Below, one piece after another: positions 55,490 to 64,000 of a stretch of DNA of 64,000 bases (position 1 is the stretch's first letter; every line of letters starts with the position of its first letter). Origin of the DNA: the human T2T-CHM13v2.0 reference genome, Homo sapiens; assembly GCF_009914755.1 (NCBI RefSeq), contig NC_060935.1; one strand, 5' to 3'. The translations under genes were made by a program, and so were the position numbers. The notes beneath the pieces were generated by a model. It saw nothing but the letters and a program-made list of their open reading frames with translations, was not told the DNA's origin and ran no database searches.

Positions 55490-55900
55490 TCGTGTGATTG
55501 TCATCACACGGTGATCCAGACTGGGCAATCAGAGCAATCCTTTCCTACAGTGGTCAGCCCAAGAATGGGTGTGGCTGAAGCCCAGCCAATGAGACTCTTC
55601 TCTGGGCCTCTTCCTAGAAGTATCAGAAAAGAGGCACTTTCCATTGCTGAAATCATTTTCTCTGAGGATGCTGTAAGTCTTGAGCTGCCAAACCCATCAT
55701 TGCCTGAAAGGACAACAACCCAGAAGAAAACCCAACCAAAAGATGGGGAGAGTAGCAAAGTCTAGATAGCCTTTCAGCCCTCTGTCTGCTGTATCCAAAG
55801 CCTGCTGAATCCCTAGACATCCCAGTTACCTTACCCATAAAGATCACCCCTTCTTTCTCTTTGAGTTTGAGTCCCACCAAGAACAGCCTGAAAAATCTTC
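55490..55900 (+). mobile_element. Old MLT1-like LTR fragment
   Basis: 'cccagccaatgagactc', 'ccctagacatcccagttac'; degenerate. Confidence 0.5.
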
Positions 55901-56824
55901 AATAGCTGTCAATTTTTAAAAACATCAGAGGGACACTGAAGTACAAGCCACAGCCTGTCCACTCATGCCTACCCTGCTGGTTCAGAGGACACCAGCCCCC
56001 TCAGCGAGGCCCCCAAACTGCTCTTGTTTGCCTCAGAAGACAGGCGGGAAATTCCAACCTGATCCTACTTTGTACTTCAGGAAAACAAAGGGGAGTACGT
56101 ATTTCTTGTAAGTGTCATATTGCACCTTTTAATTTATTGTCTTTCCCAGAAACACACAACTATGATGATTTCATGTTCTGCAACAATGAGTACTGATCTC
56201 TTATCACATAGTCCCCTTCCACTGAGTGAAGTGACAATGAAGAAAATGATGATGAAATTGTAAAAATACAGTACCCTGCACAAAGCCAACAAACAGTAAC
56301 TGTATCTGTACTTACATGATTGGTTAGATTCCCACAACAACCTTATGAAGCAGGTATGATAACATGCCCATTTTACAGTTGAAGATACTGAGGCTTAGAA
56401 AAATGGAACAACTTGTGCAAGATGACACAGAAACTAAGAAATGAAATCAAACTCAGCTCCATGTTCCTACAAGGCCCGTGGTAACCACTCTGCATTGCTG
56501 TCTCTTCACTGAATCACCCACCACTTGTTGGACCTTTACTTACCATTTGTTTCATACTGTGCTTTCCCTGTGGTCCTTGTCAACCTGTCGATATTTTCAC
56601 TATTACAGAGATTCTGTTAAACCTATTTTGTTTCTTCCTGATCCTCTTGTGTTTGATTGCCCATCATTCCATAGAGTGATTCTTCAAGATGGGCCACAGG
56701 GGCAACTAGACCAGTGAAATCTTTGTTTAGCTAACTTATAATGGAACATCATGAATCCATTTCATAGGAAGAAGATACATGATATTTCCAAAAGGACAAA
56801 GCATAAGTTTTAACATTCCTCCTA

Positions 56825-57127
<303 letters not shown>

Positions 57128-57779
57128 CTAAAGGGTAGGTGAATGATCTAGATCATGCTTTAGACCTTTAAGGTATTATTGTTTCCAGCTCTCTAGGAGT
57201 GAAAAAAGCTTAAATGTTTCTTTTGAATCTGAATCTGAAAACTGATCCTGCTTTTCCTACCTGCACGCTCCAAAAGTTAAAAGCCTACACCATCTAAGAA
57301 AATTATCAGACATATAGAAAAAAATACATATGCAAAGATGTTCACAACAGTGTTATGACAGAGGAATTTTAGGCATGTCCAAGAGTAAGGGATCAGTTAA
57401 GTCAATTGTATAGTGTAGCCATGACTGGAAAACACTCAAACTGGTAGTGTATTAAAAGTTATGTCAAAAAAGAATATAGTGGGGAAACTCTGGCATAATC
57501 CTAAAAGAAAAAAGCATGCCTGAAAATACTATGTTAGTTTGACACAAATTTAAAGGACATAAACTAAAATGACAACAGTAATGGGACCTGGGTAAATTAA
57601 TTTTGTTATGTTGTGTTGCCTTTTTTCTGCCTTTTTTGGTTGAAAGTATTTTTTGTTGTTGTTATTTTTATAATGGTTATTATGAAAGAAATAAGCCTAA
57701 GAAAATGCTATATGGCTTAAGGAGATAAAGATGTCATGGGATTATCAGAGAAAAGGAGAGTACAAGCAGAATGTGCCAG

Positions 57780-58026
57780 TGGGGAGCCCAACTCTGGAGC
57801 TGACTGCTTAGGTTTGGATTCTGGTTCTGCTCCTCACTAGCTATGTAACTAGGGCAAGTTACCCAGATTCTCTGTGTTTCAGTTTCCCTGTCTATAAAAC
57901 AGGGATGGTAAGAATAGTTCCCACCTCATGGGGTTGTTCTGAAGATCACACAAGCTAACATACATGAAGCATTTAAAACAATGCCTGGCATAGAACAGGT
58001 TCTATATAAGTTGTTGCTATCATTAT
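57780..58026 (+). mobile_element. MIR (near full length), followed by an L2 tail to ~58125
   Basis: 'ctcactagctatgtaactgggcaagttac..cagtttccctgtctataaaacagggat..aatgcctggcataga'. Many further MIR/L2 fragments in the window are not listed individually. Confidence 0.8.
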
Positions 58027-60197
58027 GGAATGAACCACCCAAGAGCAAATACCCTGTCTTTCTCATCTCTGTATTCCCAGCACCTCTCCAAGTGTCTGGC
58101 TTACAGTAGATGCTTGATCAATGTCATCTGGGTGGATTCTGGAGGGCAGTGCTGATATTTTGAGGAATGGCCACCATGATACCATCTCACTCAGTACATC
58201 TATGGTGTGACATCTCCCTCTAGATCCCTTCCATGGGGTTCTTCATGCTGAACGGATGGCAATTGTTCTACTCGCTTGTTTGGAGTACTGACAGTTAACA
58301 AGATAAAAGGGACAGAAACTGTACTGCCACAACACAGCAAAGTTTAGCAATGGCCTGCCATCGCCTCCTCTGTTCCAGCCAGGACTTTTTTGGTTGCTTG
58401 AAAGAGAAATACGTTCACCCTAGTGCAAATAAAAGAGGAGAGTATCATATTGCTAAGTATAGATATCTCATGGAATCCAAGAACAAGAAACAAAATAGTA
58501 ATAGAAGCTGTCTTGTCACATGTAACTTAAACCGGTGAGTGGGTGATTCATCAACGAAGTCAGTGAGATCTGGAAATGACTTTTTTAATGATACCATAAT
58601 TATATAAATATTTTAACTGAAAGTACAGATCCCATGTGGAATATGGAAGATGACTATTCTCATCCACGCAGGTTGCTCCTGGATTGTCTGAGTTCTGATT
58701 TCATCCTTTAATCCCATGAATCTTTAAAAAAGTAATGTACAAATAATGAATGTGACCCTACTCCTTCTTGAATAAGGAAGACCCACTCAGAGGCCATCTG
58801 CAAAGCATATGGCCATAATTCAAAATGACAAATACATGTTAGATTTAAGAATCCTTAATGAATCTCAAACAGTTGCAGCTTTAGGCTCAGTGGATTAGAA
58901 GATATTGATTCATCATTGAAGATTATTTGCTTGTTGAAGTTACCTATGCATTTCCACTGTGGCATATTCACCAGTATCCCAATTTCTGAATGTTCAGAAG
59001 ATTCACTGGCTTTAGGGGAAAGGAGTATCATCACAGAAGTTTGGCCACTTATATGCTTGTTCTATTGGACAGTTACACAAAGACTTTGAACCATAGAATT
59101 TGGGAAATTTAGAAGGATTTTAGAAACCCAATAATCAACCCCTCTAAAGCCTAGAGAGGTGACAGTAAGTAAGATGCTAAGGCTGGGAAGCCCATGGTCT
59201 CAGAGTCTCAGTGCAAGATGGCTTCCCTACACAATTGTGTACCCAAAAAGTAACCATCTGCCTAAATATGACACCACTTGTAGAAAGGCAGTTGGTTAAA
59301 TTTCCCAGATATATGTGGTTTATACAAAGATAAACTAAAGAAGTGATAAAAATGTATGCATATGCTGACAACATCATACTATATCTGGAGAATACAATTT
59401 CTAGAGGCCCCAGAGTGACCCAGTGAGACAGTGAAATAGAAATATTCAAAAATAAAAGCTTTCCCCTCACTGCATTCTAAATTGTCATTGAGAAAGGCCA
59501 GAAAATGTCCAAGCTCAAACCATCCCTGCCCTCCCCTCCTTTTTATGAATTAGGGTAACAGATGGCTTTTTCAGTACATAGAAGAGAGGTAACAGCTGTT
59601 GATAATCTATGACAAGCACATATCAGATGGTTTTTCCATTTCATCCTCATCACAACCCTGAAAGGGAAATATTATCTCCCTTTTACCAGGTGAGCAAACT
59701 GAGGCTCAGAGAAGTTAGGCAATTTCCCCAAGGTCACACAGCTAGTCTGTCTATTTCTAAAGCCTACAGGTTTTGTAGTGTTTTGCCTCCCATTCTCCCT
59801 AAACAGAAGAACCTGCAGAGGGGTCTGGGTAGCAGTCAAATGTTCTTTCTCAGAACACCTTACAGCGACATGGTTTGGGACCTGTAAGTTATCTCAGAAT
59901 ACCAATTCCACAATGAGCCAGGCCGGCCATCTGCTTTTCTGACTTGATCTTTCCCCAAGATGTGCTATATCAAAGACAGGGAGCTTGGTTTTATTTTTCT
60001 CTGATTGCTTGGATTCTCCTTAGCATCTTCTAACCAATCTTATATCATCATATATTATTATAATAGTATTTTTTTCTTGAGCCTGCAGGTTCTCTGGGTG
60101 AAACTATGTGTAGAATTTGGCTCATCAAAGTTAGAAGAATTTAGACAAAGGACACAGGAGCAAGGAACACAGTGAAGCTTTAAAAATAATGACAGTT

Positions 60198-60576
<379 letters not shown>

Positions 60577-61240
60577 TCAGGTTTGTTTTTTCCATGGAAT
60601 ATCTAAATTCTTAGGCCTATCTTGTCTTCTCTCATTCCTCACTCTTTTATTGTGCCAGAAAAAAAAAGATGTCATTTAAAATAAATATGGTTTCCAGATA
60701 CCTGTAGACGTTGACACCCTCAGTCACTGCTGTAATGAAATTCAGGGATGTCAGTGTACATCAACAATCAACTGAAGAAAGGTGCCGATGAAAAGGCATC
60801 AATATGTTACTACTCAGATGGCTATTTCAAGCATCTTCTTTTGAAAGAAATCAAAAGAACATCAATTTTTATTTTTGAAAATTCAAAAAACCCATCAGTT
60901 TAAAAGGTTGTATTTTGAAATCATAACAAATTTCAGGTGATTCAACCTTCAAGCAATATTGATATATGGTTTAGGGATAAATCATTTTAAAAGCAATAGC
61001 TAACATACTAAGGGGCTTAATGTGTGTCAGGAACTTCTTCATATAGTTCCTATGCATTTATCCTCACAACCACCCCTAAATAATGTGGTCCTACTATTAA
61101 ACCCATTTTACAAACATGGAAACTGGGACTTAGAAAGCTTAAATACATTCCTTAAAATTACCTTGTCTGAGAAGCTTGGTGACTAACCTGCAGTGCTTTT
61201 TCATTTTTAAAAAAGAACAAGGGGCAAAAATTTACATCTT

Positions 61241-61376
61241 TTTTCCCCCTTTTTTATTTGTTGTAGAGATGGAGTCTTGCTATGTTGCCCAGGCTGGTCT
61301 TGAACTTCTAGAATCAAGCAATCCTCTTGCCTCAGCCTCCCAAAGTGCTGGGATTACAGGTATCCACCACACCCAG
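61241..61376 (-). mobile_element. FLAM-like Alu left monomer
   Basis: Reverse-complement left arm only. Confidence 0.85.
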
Positions 61377-61876
61377 TAATCTGCAAAAATAGACCTTCTG
61401 ACTTTCCCATCTTCTGGCACCTCCCCTCACCCCCATTCTCCTGTAGAATTGGTATATGTACTTGATCCTGGTCAATCAATCACTGAAGATGGCTGCCTTA
61501 ATGTGTGGGAGAGAATTACCTAAGAAGAAATGGGTCAAATCATTCTGGGGTGGGTGGGGGAAGAAATGCCAGTTCAAGATGCTGCTTCTAGAAAAGTGAC
61601 TCAGAGAGGGGCCCAGCTTTTTATGCAATCCCAAAATGCCAGAAACGTGGGGTCTCTGGCCACTGAGGAGGCTCCCATGTAAATGGCTGGCTCATTTGGG
61701 TCTTCCCCACACTGGATGAGGAGGCAAGAACATCCCCTACTTTTCCACACTGTGACCTTGCTTGCTACAGAAGCCATATTACCTTCCCCTGGAGAGTAAC
61801 GGGTGTGTTTTCTGACTATGTCCCAGACAAAGCTCATTAATAATTCACTTCTGAATAAATGACAGGAAAGTATTTG

Positions 61877-61890
61877 GTTGCCATGGTAAC
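61877..61890. promoter_or_regulatory. RFX X-box GTTGCCATGGTAAC
   Basis: Full 14-bp match to the RFX palindrome GTTRCCATGGYAAC. Motif match only. Confidence 0.55.
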
Positions 61891-62699
61891 AACTGCAAGG
61901 CCTATTTGTTTTTTGTTCTTTTTTAAAATAATGTCTGGGCCATTTTTTTGTGAATGTTGAATTACTGACAGAAACCATACATGTATAAGACAGAGATATG
62001 AATGGGTAGGGAAACAATATCTTAAAAATGCAGTCGGTAAGCCATTAAGCATCAGGACCTTAAAATAAGGGAACCAAAATGCCTTTCTCAGCTTCCCACT
62101 GCACCTTTCTGGAAGGAGGAGGAAGTGACAAAAAAAAACAAAAACAAACAAAATCATTTCTAGACTCAATTAGCTATGTGATGAAAACTTATTCATACCA
62201 AAAATTCATATATAAAAGCATTTTTCACACTTGAACTTTTTTCTTAATTAACATATATTCTTGCAACTAATCGTTACTACAACCTTATGAGGTCAGCGTT
62301 ATCATACTCATTTTATGGATGGGGAAGCTGAGTCTTAGAGAACATGGCCTAAGCCTCATAGTCTTGAAGTGGTAGAGGCAGAATTTATACCCAAGTCTGC
62401 CTGAATCCAAAGACTGTGTTCATTCTACGTATCAACCCTCGGGGAAAGGAAGAAATGGGATCCCATTAGGGGAGTAGGGTTTACCCAGAATTTATTTCCA
62501 GAAAATAGGCCTTAAATAATTTTTACTGAAAAGAGAAAGACCCGATGAGTCATAGATTTATTTAAAATGTCTTTCATCCCATTGCTAAAGAGCAGGGAGG
62601 AAAAGTGAGTTTCATCAGTTTCACATTTTCATCTTTTACGGCACTACATACCAGATGAAACAAACTCTTTTTTATAGCATTCGAAATAATCTCAGACAT

Positions 62700-63028
<329 letters not shown>

Positions 63029-63145
63029 TAACACCCTACCCCAGATTGTGAGCATGTAGAGCCTATGCCTCCTTCACATTTGTTTCCCAGCAGGATACAC
63101 CTTCGGATGCTCAGAAAGCATGAGCAGGTGGAATTACCCTAAATG

Positions 63146-63420
63146 AACTAATTCAGAAGCACAAAACCAAATATCACATGTTGTCACTTATAAGTGGTAG
63201 CTAATCACTGGGTACACGTGGACATAGAGATGAAATAATAAACACCGGGGACTCCAAAAGGGGCTGGGAGTGAGGGTTGAATAATTACCTATTTGATGCG
63301 ATGTTCACTATTTGGGTAACGGGTACACTAGAAGTCCAGTCCCCACCAGTATGCAATATACCCACGTAACAAACATGCACATGTACCCCTGAGTACAAAA
63401 CTAATTTAATTTTTTAAAAA
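63146..63420 (+). mobile_element. L1PB-like 3' end
   Basis: 'aaccaaatatcacatgttgtcacttataagtgg..gtaacaaacatgcacatgtacccctga'. Confidence 0.85.
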
Positions 63421-63740
63421 CCTAAATATGTAGATGACCAAAAACTGAGGGAAAAAAAATATTTGTGGAAGAGTCAATAAAAGAATCAATAAGAGAATGA
63501 AGTGCTTTAAAGCAATACCTCTTTAACTTTTATTTCATATATTCAAATATTCCAAGCAAAAAAATGACTCAATGCTTAAATCACTGGGTGAATTGGCCCA
63601 GTTTCCCATTCACATGCCCAGGTAGAGAGCCCAGCAGGTGAGGAAGGAGCTCAAGGCTGAGTTCACAGAGTTCCTCATTCTCGTTCCAAAACTACTTCTC
63701 AGGTTTTTGGTCTTTTTTTTGTTTTGTTTTTAACTATTAG

Positions 63741-64000
<260 letters not shown>

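Overview
Primate (very probably human) non-coding genomic DNA: CpG-depleted, with no CpG island and no recognisable protein-coding exon or RNA gene. It is dense in Alu (about 20), MIR/L2, L1 3' fragments, MaLR/ERV solo LTRs and hAT/Tigger DNA-transposon relics. The six-frame ORFs are repeat-derived or chance, with one exception. At 48444-49486 a processed (retrotransposed) KRAB-zinc-finger mRNA sits inside a MIR, flanked by an 18-bp target-site duplication (TSD). It records a KRAB-only isoform: no zinc-finger exon, a KRAB-B shortened by 7 codons, and a terminal exon built from MER30 and MER6 transposons. It most resembles the ZNF141/595/718/732 family. Other notable structure: an ultra-short twin-primed L1 insertion (15753-15799); a 177-bp duplicated non-TE module with NR5A/ERR and Forkhead motifs (33701/34420); a 92-bp copy of a nested-TE junction (39748/40982); four D-boxes including a perfect inverted pair (15139-15332); an AATCAATA array; a full RFX X-box; and a MER41-family LTR with tandem GAS motifs. 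Repeat family names come from recalled consensus sequences, not a database search. The genomic locus was not identified. I see no evidence of a new multi-gene system; the KRAB-only retrocopy is the best candidate for something undescribed.
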